From a bacterium (GTDB lineage Bacteria > UBA8248): 64,000 nt of DNA. The position numbers and the translations under genes were made by a program. The notes beneath the pieces were generated by a model. That model saw nothing but the letters and a program-made list of their open reading frames with translations, was not told the DNA's origin and did not search any database. The stretch covers positions 3,584,001 through 3,648,000 of the forward strand of contig CBDBZU010000004.1 in assembly GCA_965213625.1 (NCBI GenBank), read 5' to 3'. Positions within the stretch are counted from its first letter, which is position 1, and each line of letters begins with the position of its first letter. This document shows, one piece after another, positions 19,202 through 27,560 of this stretch.

Positions 19202-19687
19202 CTAGAAGTCGCCCTTCTCCTGCAGGTAGGGAATGAGGCCGCCCGCCTCGATCATCGACCAAAGGCCGTCGGGGAACGGTGGGAAGGTAATCGTCTCATC
19301 GCCGGCGCGGGCCTCGCCCGCCATGGGGTCCACTTCTATCTCATCGCCCGCCTGGATGGTGTCGGTATCGCAGGCGATGACAGGCAGCCCCGAATTGATG
19401 GCGTTTCGGTAGAACATGTGCCCGAAGCTCTTCGCGAGCACGCAGCTTACCCCGAGTTCCCTGAGCACGACGGCGGAATCCTGACGGCTGCTGACGAGGC
19501 CAAAGTTCTCCCCCGCCACCAACACGTCGCCTTGCTGCACCTTTTCCGAGAATTCAGGGTCGATTTCCTTGAAGGCGTCGCGCTTTAATTCCTCCAGCGT
19601 AGTGCCCGGCGAGCGGTATTTGACGGACAGATGCACGTCGGTGCTGATGTCGTCCCCGAAGCGGTGTACGCGTCCCCTCATCTCCAA
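19202..19687 (-). CDS. 3-isopropylmalate dehydratase/homoaconitase-family small subunit
   Basis: GDDISTD, AGENFG..SSR, AKSF..FYRNAIN.G, AGGL. Confidence 0.92.
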   Translation of the reverse strand: MEMRGRVHRFGDDISTDVHLSVKYRSPGTTLEELKRDAFKEIDPEFSEKVQQGDVLVAGENFGLVSSRQDSAVVLRELGVSCVLAKSFGHMFYRNAINSGLPVIACDTDTIQAGDEIEVDPMAGEARAGDETITFPPFPDGLWSMIEAGGLIPYLQEKGDF

Positions 19688-19727
19688 AACGTAATCCTCC
19701 TTGCCGTGTGCGCCATCCTCGCAGGCC

Positions 19728-20984
19728 CTATAAAAATTCCCTGGGGTCGGTGATGCGGCCCGTCACGGCGCTCGCCGCCACCGTGGCAGGTGAGCCTAGA
19801 TAGATTTCGGCCTCCTTGCTGCCGAGCCTGCCGGGGAAATTCCGGTTCGCGGAAGATATGGCGCGCTCCCCATCGGCGAGACAGCCGTTTCCCGTCATCG
19901 AGGCGCACGGCCCGCAGGCGGCGGTGAGCACGGCGGCCCCCGCTTCGGCCAAAGCCCCGATGGCTCCGCTCGCTGCGGCGGCCTCGTAAATTTTCTTGCT
20001 CGTGGGCGCGACATAGAATCGAACGCCCGGCGCGATTTTTCTACCGCGCACGATCTTAGCCGCGATCTCGATGTCCTCGAGCCTTCCGTTCGTGCAGGTG
20101 CCCACGAACGCCTGCTGGACGGGAAGGCCCGCGTAGTCCTCTACGGGATGCGCGTTCCCCGTGGCGGGAGGAGCGGCCACGACGGGCGTGAGCGCAGAAA
20201 TATCGAGATGGATTCTCCGGGCGTATACGGCGTCCTCATCCGGCGCCACCGCCCCATCCACGGGCGCGCCGTGCGCCCGCGCCCAGTCGAGCGCCTTCTC
20301 GTCCACCTCCATGACGCCCGTCTTCGCCCCCATGTCGACCGACATGTTCGCGACCGTGAAGCGCGCGTCCATCGAGAGGTCGGCGAGCGCCGCGCCGCCG
20401 TATTCCACCGCCATGTAGTTCGCGCCGTTCTCACCCATCTCGCGCGCGAGCGTCAGTTCCATATCCTTCGAGAACACGCCGTGGGCGAGCGCGCCGGTGA
20501 ACTCCACGCGAACGCTCTCGGGCGTCTTGAACCACAGCTTGCCGGTGGCGTAGGCGGAGGCGATCTCCACGCTCTCCACCGCCACGCCCATCGCGCCCAG
20601 CGCCCCGTATGTGCAGACGTGGCTGTCGCCCCCCACGGTGAGCGCGCCGGGGCCCACGCGGCCCTCTTCGGTCACCACGGTATGGCAGACGCCCGCGCCC
20701 GGCTCGAACACCTCGACGCCGTGCTCCTCGCCGAAGATTCTCAGCTTCTTGTGGTGGTTCGCCCAGAGAACGTCCTGGGCGGGGACGAAATGATCGATGA
20801 TGAAATCGGTCTTCTTCGGGTCCATCCGGAACTCGAAGCCGGCTTCACGGAAGATGTCGACCGCCTTCGGCCCCTTGGCGTCGCCCGCCATGACGTAGTC
20901 GAGCTCTGCGATTACCAGATCGCCCGCCCTGGCCTCGCTTCCTGAGTGCGCGGAGAGGATTTTCTCCGCCATCGTCTGACCCAC
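19728..20984 (-). CDS. 3-isopropylmalate dehydratase/homoaconitase-family large subunit
   Basis: AEKIL, DH, GVCH, DSH, GTCTNGR, CGPC, NRNF.GR.G, SPA; AAGGAG before GTG. Confidence 0.93.
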   Translation of the reverse strand: MGQTMAEKILSAHSGSEARAGDLVIAELDYVMAGDAKGPKAVDIFREAGFEFRMDPKKTDFIIDHFVPAQDVLWANHHKKLRIFGEEHGVEVFEPGAGVCHTVVTEEGRVGPGALTVGGDSHVCTYGALGAMGVAVESVEIASAYATGKLWFKTPESVRVEFTGALAHGVFSKDMELTLAREMGENGANYMAVEYGGAALADLSMDARFTVANMSVDMGAKTGVMEVDEKALDWARAHGAPVDGAVAPDEDAVYARRIHLDISALTPVVAAPPATGNAHPVEDYAGLPVQQAFVGTCTNGRLEDIEIAAKIVRGRKIAPGVRFYVAPTSKKIYEAAAASGAIGALAEAGAAVLTAACGPCASMTGNGCLADGERAISSANRNFPGRLGSKEAEIYLGSPATVAASAVTGRITDPREFL

Positions 20985-21020
20985 GGTGTTCTCCTTGCTG
21001 TATTCCGTAAAGCGATTCAC

Positions 21021-21215
21021 CTAAAAAGCTTTGGTAAGACCCGCCTGCTTGAGCACCGCGTTGGCCGTATGGCGGGACTTGATTTCATTATCTACCGGAA
21101 AACGCTTCGAAGTTAAGGGGCTGTACCAGATTTCATGATCGCCCCTGCCCTGCCGCTCGAAGCGGCAACCTTCCTCGCGCAGAAGTTTTTTCAATTCCCT
21201 AGTGTAGTTTCCCAC
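21021..21215 (-). CDS. HicA-family toxin
   Basis: 64 aa, RQGRGDHEIW, RHTANAVLKQAGL. Confidence 0.85.
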   Translation of the reverse strand: MGNYTRELKKLLREEGCRFERQGRGDHEIWYSPLTSKRFPVDNEIKSRHTANAVLKQAGLTKAF

Positions 21216-21218
21216 GGA

Positions 21219-21461
21219 TCAGGCGAATTGGACTTCCCGTTCGAACGCGCCAAAATGCGTTTTCGCCTGACGCGGCAAGACGCCTTCCAAAAGGTGGGCA
21301 TTCAATTCCAGGAGTTCCGGAATGAGATTTTTCAGTTTCTCTTCGAGTTCCTCGGGCGTGGGCGCTTCGGCGACGAGTCCGGGTACGTCTTCGCTCTCGG
21401 CCACCCAGACCCGAGCCTCCGAATCCCATTCCGCGAAAACTTCAATGATTTCCCGCGCCAT
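21219..21461 (-). CDS. HicB-like (DUF1902) antitoxin
   Basis: WD.EA.VWVAES.DVPGL..EA.T..EL; directly upstream of the toxin. Confidence 0.82.
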   Translation of the reverse strand: MAREIIEVFAEWDSEARVWVAESEDVPGLVAEAPTPEELEEKLKNLIPELLELNAHLLEGVLPRQAKTHFGAFEREVQFA

Positions 21462-21673
21462 TGCCCGTCTCCATCCTCGCCTCCGCCAAACGGCGGCAGG
21501 AAATTCCATGTTATCCCTTCAGATTCTCGTGTCAATCGCTTGGGGATTTCTCACGACGATCAATCGATATAGTGTTCATTAGGAGCCGGATACGCCGTGT
21601 CTTTGACTTATCCTCCGCTATTGGAGAAACTGGCCGGACTGGCTGCTACACGAGGCAGACTGGAGAGAACCGA

Positions 21674-21943
21674 ATGACGGAATACGAAGCCGCAAGCCTC
21701 ACTTTACAACTAGCCGCCATATGGGTCGCCGCCATCGTCGGGGCCGCGCAATGCAGCCTCATCGAGATTGGACTCTACATCATGCGACAGGCGTCGAAGC
21801 AGCGCGACGCCCAGCATCGTGAAAACATGGCGCTGCATCGAGAGACCATGGCTTCGCTGCAGGCTCAGCGCGAGGCACAAAGCGAACAGCATCAGGAAAA
21901 CATGGAGGCGCTCAGGGAACTCATCCGGCGCACGTCTGCGTAG
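21674..21943 (+). CDS. Single-TM coiled-coil protein, paralog of 18613..19053
   Basis: MTEYEAASL / MTEFQQATL start, H.E.M repeats, AL..L..RT end; GGAG RBS. Confidence 0.7.
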   Translation: MTEYEAASLTLQLAAIWVAAIVGAAQCSLIEIGLYIMRQASKQRDAQHRENMALHRETMASLQAQREAQSEQHQENMEALRELIRRTSA

Positions 21944-21972
21944 ACAGTGCGAGGGGGTGGGTGAGGGAGGTG

Positions 21973-22097
21973 TCACCGCCCCCGCCGTCTCGGCTTTTTC
22001 CTGACCCCTGCCTCCAGCGGCGCGCACATTTTTCGTACAGGGCGAAGAGGCGCTCCACGCGTTCGTGCTCGGCGGCGAAGCCGGTGCGGCGGTAGAG
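21973..22097 (-). pseudogene. 3' remnant of an MmeI-like type IIL restriction-modification gene
   Basis: LYRRTGFAAEHERVERLFALYEK, continuing MCAPLEAG... after a 1-nt frameshift in an A-run; resembles the MmeI C-terminus from memory. Confidence 0.6.
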
Positions 22098-22250
22098 GAT
22101 GATTATGTTTTGGGCGTTTCGGATTGATTTCAGGAGCGATGCTTTCCTCATGATGTTCTTGGGATAGGAATATCTCATATTTACCGGCGTGGTTCCTAGC
22201 GGGGTGGTATGAATCGATCTTGTCGGCGGCCCCAAGGGTTCGTTCTCGCC

Positions 22251-22668
22251 AGGACAGGTCGCGACCTGTCCCTACGGGTCCTCCATCTACCCGGTCGGGT
22301 CGCATTTATGTCGGACATATATGTCCGACATACAACAGGGATATTCATTTTCATCGTCATCCCAACATGCGCCGGAATGACGAAAAAAATCGGGCGGAAA
22401 CATTCGCTCTTCCCTTCCTCAGGGAAGCACGACACCCCTACAAAACCCGCAAACCCTCACTCACCGGTCGGGTTTCACCTCACCCTGAGTAGCGGCGAAG
22501 CCGCGTATCGAAGGGCGCTCTCCCTCGATACGGCGCGCAAGCACGCCTACTCGGGATGAAGATGGTATTTCTGGCTAATGCGACGAATGCGCTACAGGCA
22601 TTTTCCCCTTCTGAAGGGGTTTTCAACAGGTCCACATCACTCGCGTTTAACCCTCAAGGGAGGAGTGA
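22251..22668. repeat. Cluster of REP-like palindromes with an orphan IS1182-like end
   Basis: GGACAGGTCGCGACCTGTCCCTAC, GTCGGACATATATGTCCGAC, CTCACCCTGAGTAGCGGCGAAGCCGCGTATCGAAG, GGGGTTTTCAACAGGTCC (22616-22633), CCCTCAAGGGAGGAGTGA. Confidence 0.75.
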
Positions 22669-22728
22669 ATATTGAGCGCTCTACAATGGGGGAGTGTATT
22701 TCTTTTCTCCATAAGTCGACTTCCGCAC

Positions 22729-23277
22729 TTACTCATCAGGTCGGTGGCGCGAAAGGGCACGAGAGAGGATGTCGCGCGCAGGCCCTGAGCCGTCGAGTGC
22801 GCGCAGTTTTCTGCTCTTTATTTTCCAGCCCTCCGGCGTGCGCGTAAGCTCCCAGCGGTTGGCGAGGACGCGGTGGATGCGGTAGCCGGTGGAGACGCCG
22901 TGGTTGGGCAGTTCGCGCTCCTCACCCTCGGCATCCGGGTGGATGAGCTGCAGGTAGGAGGTGACGCAGGCCGTGTCGCCGTCTAGTTCGACGTGCGGCA
23001 GGCCAGCGAAGTGGGCGAGGCCGCCTTCGATCGCCTCTTGATGCGCGGGCCTTTGGGTAATGGCGGCGATGGCCTCGTTCCCGAGCGTGTAGTCGAGGCT
23101 CTCGCCCCGGTCGAATATGCCCTCCTCGGTGAAGACGGCGCGGGTGTAATCGTCCGCGCCGGTGTCCGCACTCGGTGGATGCGAAGCTATCAAGTTGTAG
23201 ATTTCGAGCCTGTCCTCGATATCGCGCAACCGCGCTTCGAGCGATGCGGCGTCCGGCGCGCTTTCGGCGTCTGTCAT
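22729..23277 (-). CDS. SnoaL/NTF2-like protein
   Basis: LRDIEDRLEIYNL, FTEEG.F, VELDGDTA, L.RT.EGWKI..R. Confidence 0.85.
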   Translation of the reverse strand: MTDAESAPDAASLEARLRDIEDRLEIYNLIASHPPSADTGADDYTRAVFTEEGIFDRGESLDYTLGNEAIAAITQRPAHQEAIEGGLAHFAGLPHVELDGDTACVTSYLQLIHPDAEGEERELPNHGVSTGYRIHRVLANRWELTRTPEGWKIKSRKLRALDGSGPARDILSRALSRHRPDE

Positions 23278-23471
23278 GTCGTCTCTCCCCCGGTGATGGA
23301 ATGTGGGATGAGTATATCGCAAATTTCGGACGTGGTTCCTCCATGGCCGGATTTCATCCTGTGGGGGCGCGTTCCTCCCTTGAGCGTTCGGGCATCCCGA
23401 GTGGCATGCCCGATGAAAAAGACCTCTTATTTAGAGAGTAGAGGGGCCGCCCCTCTCGACTGGAACGGCAA

Positions 23472-23568
23472 CCCCCCTACCCCCCCCCTTGTCAGGGGGG
23501 TAAAGACGATGCCCCCCGACGATGGGGTGAAAGAAAAGCCCCCTGAGGAGGGGGGTAAGTGGGGTTGG
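23472..23568. repeat. Degenerate CCCCCCTT.TCAGGGGGG-type palindromic repeat
   Basis: CCCCCCTACCCCCCCCTTGTCAGGGGGGT followed by inverted CCCCTGAGGAGGGGGG; related copy near 53738. Confidence 0.6.
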
Positions 23569-23879
23569 TAGGTGGCGGGGTTCCTCCTTTCGAGAACAGC
23601 AACCCCTCCCTCCCCGGTTTGATTCCGAATAGTCTCCTCCGCATTAACCCTCATTTGCGCATATCGCGCGTGAAGCAATTTTCGCTACACTGGCGCGCAA
23701 GGTTCGCCGTCCGTGGCGGTTCGACAACTTGCGGGCGGGGGCGTTTCGGGAGAGCATCGAGATGGGAGCAGAAGGAAGGACGATGTGTCGAAGAGGTGAT
23801 GATTTGAGGACTTCGAACAGGGTTTCCCGAACGAGGTTCGCAGGCGCAAAGAGCCCACTCTGAATTCCTGAAAATATCG

Positions 23880-23921
23880 ATAAATATAGATAAATTCACG
23901 GGGTTTTTCGGTAAATTGCTG
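23880..23921. repeat. 42-nt AT-rich repeat, inverted copy at 53085..53126
   Basis: ATAAATATAGATAAATTCACGGGGTTTTTCGGTAAATTGCTG; 38/42 identical to the reverse complement of the second copy. Confidence 0.85.
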
Positions 23922-24106
23922 TAAATTAATTTTTGGGGATATGACGGCCGGGGGCCGCGACGCAGGGGAATTTTGCCATGGCCCGCACCTTCCGCGATAA
24001 CGGCAAATGCGGGGAGCTGCGGGGGTGGATGCGCTTACAGTGAAAAATACGCGCAGGCATCATAACCGGCTGATAATTAACGGGTTTCTCGAAGAAGGAG
24101 AGCGTT

Positions 24107-24469
24107 TTGGACTGGATAGGAGTGGGACTCTTGGTGCTGGGCGCCATCGTGGGCACGCTCAACGCGGCCACAGGCGTGGGCTGGGGCATCATCATGATGC
24201 CCGTGCTCTTCCTCATCCCCGGGCTCACGCCCCAGCAGGCGGTGGCGGTGTCGATTCTCGCCTACCTGTTCAACTCGCTGGTCGCCTCGTTCGAGAACGT
24301 GCGAGGCGGGCTAATCGTTTGGAATTACGCGGTTTATCTCAGCATCGGGGCCATCATCGGTGGGGTCCTGGGCGCGCATCTGCTCCAGACATTCTCGGCG
24401 CTGACGCTCAAGAGAATCGTGGGCGTCGTTGTGATCGGCGCAGGCGCGAGCCTGCTCATCAACCGCTGA
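24107..24469 (+). CDS. Half-size TSUP (TauE/SafE sulfite exporter) family protein
   Basis: G..G.GWG..MP.L, PQQAVA.S, GAIIGG.LGA; only four TM helices. Confidence 0.8.
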   Translation: MDWIGVGLLVLGAIVGTLNAATGVGWGIIMMPVLFLIPGLTPQQAVAVSILAYLFNSLVASFENVRGGLIVWNYAVYLSIGAIIGGVLGAHLLQTFSALTLKRIVGVVVIGAGASLLINR

Positions 24470-24473
24470 GAAG

Positions 24474-24501
24474 AAAACCCCCCGTCAATGACGAGGGGTT
24501 T
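24474..24501. terminator. Probable intrinsic terminator between convergent units
   Basis: AAACCCC-CGTCA / TGACG-GGGGTTT hairpin immediately after the TSUP stop. Confidence 0.65.
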
Positions 24502-24568
24502 CATACTGCTTGCCCCTTATAGGCTTCCGACTGTCATCGCAGAGTAGATAAAGCACACGAAATCAGCG

Positions 24569-24596
24569 ATTTAACGTAATCTGTTTCATGCGATAC
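24569..24596 (-). other. dif-like XerCD recombination site
   Basis: GTATCGCATGA-AACAGA-TTACGTTAAAT; 10/11 match to the E. coli XerD arm, 7/11 to the XerC arm, 6-bp spacer, intergenic. Confidence 0.5.
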
Positions 24597-24605
24597 ATCG
24601 GTCGG

Positions 24606-24746
24606 CTATCCCAGCAGCTTCCTCTTCATCCAGCCCAAAGCCCGCGCCACGGCGGAGAACAGCCCGCCCACTCACGTGGGGCAGGCCGCTTGTTCCGGCG
24701 GCGTTTGGCCCTTATCGTGAATCTTCTCCTGCGTGGGGTTCGGCAT
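24606..24746 (-). CDS. Putative 46-aa selenopeptide with CxxU motif
   Basis: ATG 3 nt after DUF971 stop; MPNPTQEKIHDKGQTPPEQAACPT-U-VGGLFSAVARALGWMKRKLLG*; TGA at 24672-24674. Confidence 0.5.
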
Positions 24747-24749
24747 GAT

Positions 24750-25103
24750 TCAGCCCTTTCCTCCCTGCGAGCTTTCGTCGCGCCCGGGGGCGATATCGTA
24801 AAGATAATCAAACGAATAGATGCCCGCGCCGCAGCCGCCCCGCCAGATGAAATTAATGGCGTAGCGCCCCACCATCTCCACGTTCTCGAGCTCTGTCGGT
24901 CCACTCGGCCCCGAGAGGACGGCGAGGGGGTTTTTCTCGCGCTCCTTGCGCTCCTCCTTGCAGTTCGCGCACGGGCAAAGGGCCGCGAGATAATCGAAGC
25001 CGTAGGCGCTCTTCTCCCCGCTCGCCCACTCGACGCGAAACTCACGGGCGGGCTTGTCCACCGTGAGATCGACGGGATGGGCCTTTTCGACAGGCGCGCT
25101 CAT
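24750..25103 (-). CDS. DUF971 (gamma-butyrobetaine hydroxylase-like N-terminal) protein
   Basis: L..LCPCANC, VGRYAI..W, GIYSF.YL. Confidence 0.88.
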   Translation of the reverse strand: MSAPVEKAHPVDLTVDKPAREFRVEWASGEKSAYGFDYLAALCPCANCKEERKEREKNPLAVLSGPSGPTELENVEMVGRYAINFIWRGGCGAGIYSFDYLYDIAPGRDESSQGGKG

Positions 25104-25137
25104 AAGACGCTGGACTCCTGATGGCGTTTACGGCGCA

Positions 25138-25797
25138 TCATTTCGCCTTCATCCCGTATTTCTCATACTTCTTCGACGAGGAAGAGCTGAGCTTGGCGGA
25201 TTGGGGCGTCTTGAGCTCCAGCAGATAGGGCCGCTCGGCCGAGGTGGCCTTCACGGCGTCCAAGAGCCCCTGCTCATCGCCGTCGCTCTCCCAATCGCCT
25301 TCTTCGAGCTTCACGAAAACGGGCTTGCCCTCCCCGAAATCAAGCGTGGGAACGCCGAAAATGCCCTGCTCGGCCGCGTCCTCATGCTCCTGCGCGATAA
25401 GGGGGATGGTGGCGCCGTTTTTCATGTCCTCCTCCCAGCGATCGACGTCGAGGCCCACTTCCACGGCGATATCGCGCAGAACCAGCTCGCTGGTGATGTC
25501 CTTGCCGTCCCTGTGCCTCGCCCGGTGGAGCGCCACGTGGTACTTGTCGAACTGCGTCTCGCCCTGTAAAGCCGCGCATTTGGCCGCCTGATGCGGTGGC
25601 AGATCCCTGCTCGGGAAAGTCTTATCCTCCCAGGCCTTCCAGTCCTCTCCGCGCGAGGGACCGAAATTCGCCTGCTCGAGCACGAAGGCCTTGTAGTCCA
25701 CATTCAGATCGCTTCTTTTTTCCTGAAGACGAACGAGCCACTCCATGGCCCTGTAGGCGTAAGGTCAGACGTAGCAGTTCCACATGGTGACTTTCAT
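25138..25797 (-). CDS. DsbA/FrnE-family thioredoxin-fold selenoprotein (Sec11)
   Basis: TAAGGAG RBS; MKVTMWNCYV-U-PYAY continues in frame into the 202-aa ORF; GIFGVPT cis-Pro loop; TGA at 25765-25767. Confidence 0.85.
25735..25751 (-). promoter_or_regulatory. SECIS-like hairpin
   Basis: GGGCCAT-GGA-GTGGCTC starting 14 nt after the TGA. Confidence 0.6.
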
Positions 25798-25908
25798 GAT
25801 TTTCTCCTTAACAAATCGGGGCATAAAGAAACATTGCGCGCCAATCATACACCACAAGAACGCCGATGAAAAAGCAGGGCAAAGTCTTTTGAAAATAGCC
25901 GTTTTTCG

Positions 25909-26508
25909 CTAATTTTCAGGCGTGAGCGCCTTGTTTAACAACGCTTCCGCACCCGCGTTCAAGGAAAGCTCCCTGGCGGCCTCCTGCCCGCGCGGAGACA
26001 TTTTTGCCCAAGTTTTCCGCAAGATGCCGATGATTTTCTCCTCATCATGCAGGCGGGAGAAATCCCAGAAATAGCTTTCCAGAAACACCAGACAGGCGAC
26101 GTCCTCGAGCGTCTGGGTTTCCGGGTCTGTCTTCAAGCCCTTTTTTTTCAACAGCATTCGCACACGGTCTATCGTTTCATCGTCGCAACCAACCTTTTCT
26201 AGAATCTCAGCCGCTTTCTCTCCATGAAAATCATAAAGACGGGTCCGCCATTGGTGATATCCCTTACGGCCCTGGGGGTAATCCGAGCGTGGAATCTCCC
26301 ATCGGCGTATATGTTGGCTCCGCACCGCCAGGCGCAGGGCTTCAGAGGCTTGCGGCTCTATGGTATCTAGCCAGTTCGTCATTCTCATCGAATACAATAG
26401 CTCTTTGGGGTAATTTTCGCCCTCGAAACTCTCGGTATTGGGATCTTCAGAATTCGCCTCATCAATAAGAAGCATAGATTCTACAAAACGTTTGGGGTTT
26501 TCCCTCAT
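25909..26508 (-). CDS. DUF4202 family protein
   Basis: ID.AN.EDPN, QHI.RWEIPR..YP.GR.GY..WR, LEDVACLVFL, KTW.KMS. Confidence 0.88.
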   Translation of the reverse strand: MRENPKRFVESMLLIDEANSEDPNTESFEGENYPKELLYSMRMTNWLDTIEPQASEALRLAVRSQHIRRWEIPRSDYPQGRKGYHQWRTRLYDFHGEKAAEILEKVGCDDETIDRVRMLLKKKGLKTDPETQTLEDVACLVFLESYFWDFSRLHDEEKIIGILRKTWAKMSPRGQEAARELSLNAGAEALLNKALTPEN

Positions 26509-26588
26509 GATTTCCACCTTCTCAGTTGCAATAGACACAAATAGAATCATTCCAGACAATACTTGTTTAGAATAAACGCTTGTTCGGG

Positions 26589-26617
26589 TTGACAAAAGCA
26601 GGAAAGAAGAATATTTT
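26589..26617 (+). promoter_or_regulatory. sigma70-like promoter of the cobA-reductase operon
   Basis: TTGACA-17 nt-TATTTT in an AT-rich divergent intergenic region. Confidence 0.6.
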
Positions 26618-26682
26618 TCGATATAGTTAAGTAAATTGCTTAACAATAAAAATATAAACTGACCTGGCTACGGGAATCTCTC

Positions 26683-27492
26683 ATGAACCATGGAAAAGTG
26701 CAGATTGTGGGAGCAGGTCCTGGGGATCCGGACTTGCTTACGCTCAAGGCGGCGAAAGCCCTTACAGACGCTGACGTAGTGGTTTATGACCGTCTCGTGA
26801 ACATTGAAGTTCTTGAACTTTGCCCGGAAAACTGCCAACTCATCTATGCGGGAAAATCAAGTGGCCGACACACCATGAGCCAAAATGACATCAACGAAGC
26901 TCTGATCCATTTCGCTCATCGCGGTTATCAAGTGGTGCGTCTGAAAGGCGGGGACCCTTTCGTGTTCGGTCGTGGCGGCGAGGAGGCGCAAGCACTGGCC
27001 GAAGCCGGCGTTCATTTTGAAATCATACCAGGAATCAGTTCCGCTCTGGCCGTGCCCGCCTATGCCGGAATACCCGTCACACACAGAAACTTCGCCTCGT
27101 CGTTCACGGTCGTAACTGCCCATGAAGACCCCGGCAAACCGGAAACACAGGTGGATTATGCGCATCTGGCGAAGAACAAGGGTACGCTCGTTTTCCTTAT
27201 GGGCGCACGCTCCATCGGACGCATATCAGCCGCCCTGATAGATAACGGCATGTCGAAAGACACGCTTGCCGCCATCATTGAAAATGGAACCACAAACAGA
27301 CAATTAGCCTACCGTTGCACATTGGGAGAAGCATCGAGCCTCGCGCAACGCGAAGAAATATCCCCACCCGCAGTTTTTCTCGTCGGACCCGTCGCCGGCC
27401 TTGAAGACCTCGTGTGGTTCGAAGCCGATGAGAGTCAAGAAATCTCCTGGCGCTGTCCCATGGAAAAATCCCTGAGCAAAGCCATTTCATAA
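26683..27492 (+). CDS. cobA: Uroporphyrinogen-III C-methyltransferase
   Basis: VGAGPGDPDLLT, RLKGGDPFVFGRGGEE, GIPVTHR. Confidence 0.95.
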   Translation: MNHGKVQIVGAGPGDPDLLTLKAAKALTDADVVVYDRLVNIEVLELCPENCQLIYAGKSSGRHTMSQNDINEALIHFAHRGYQVVRLKGGDPFVFGRGGEEAQALAEAGVHFEIIPGISSALAVPAYAGIPVTHRNFASSFTVVTAHEDPGKPETQVDYAHLAKNKGTLVFLMGARSIGRISAALIDNGMSKDTLAAIIENGTTNRQLAYRCTLGEASSLAQREEISPPAVFLVGPVAGLEDLVWFEADESQEISWRCPMEKSLSKAIS

Positions 27493-27560
27493 ATGCCGGG
27501 CTTCAGCCCGGTTCCAGAATTATCATCCAATTAGTACGTAGCTGCTCACGTAAGGAGTAA

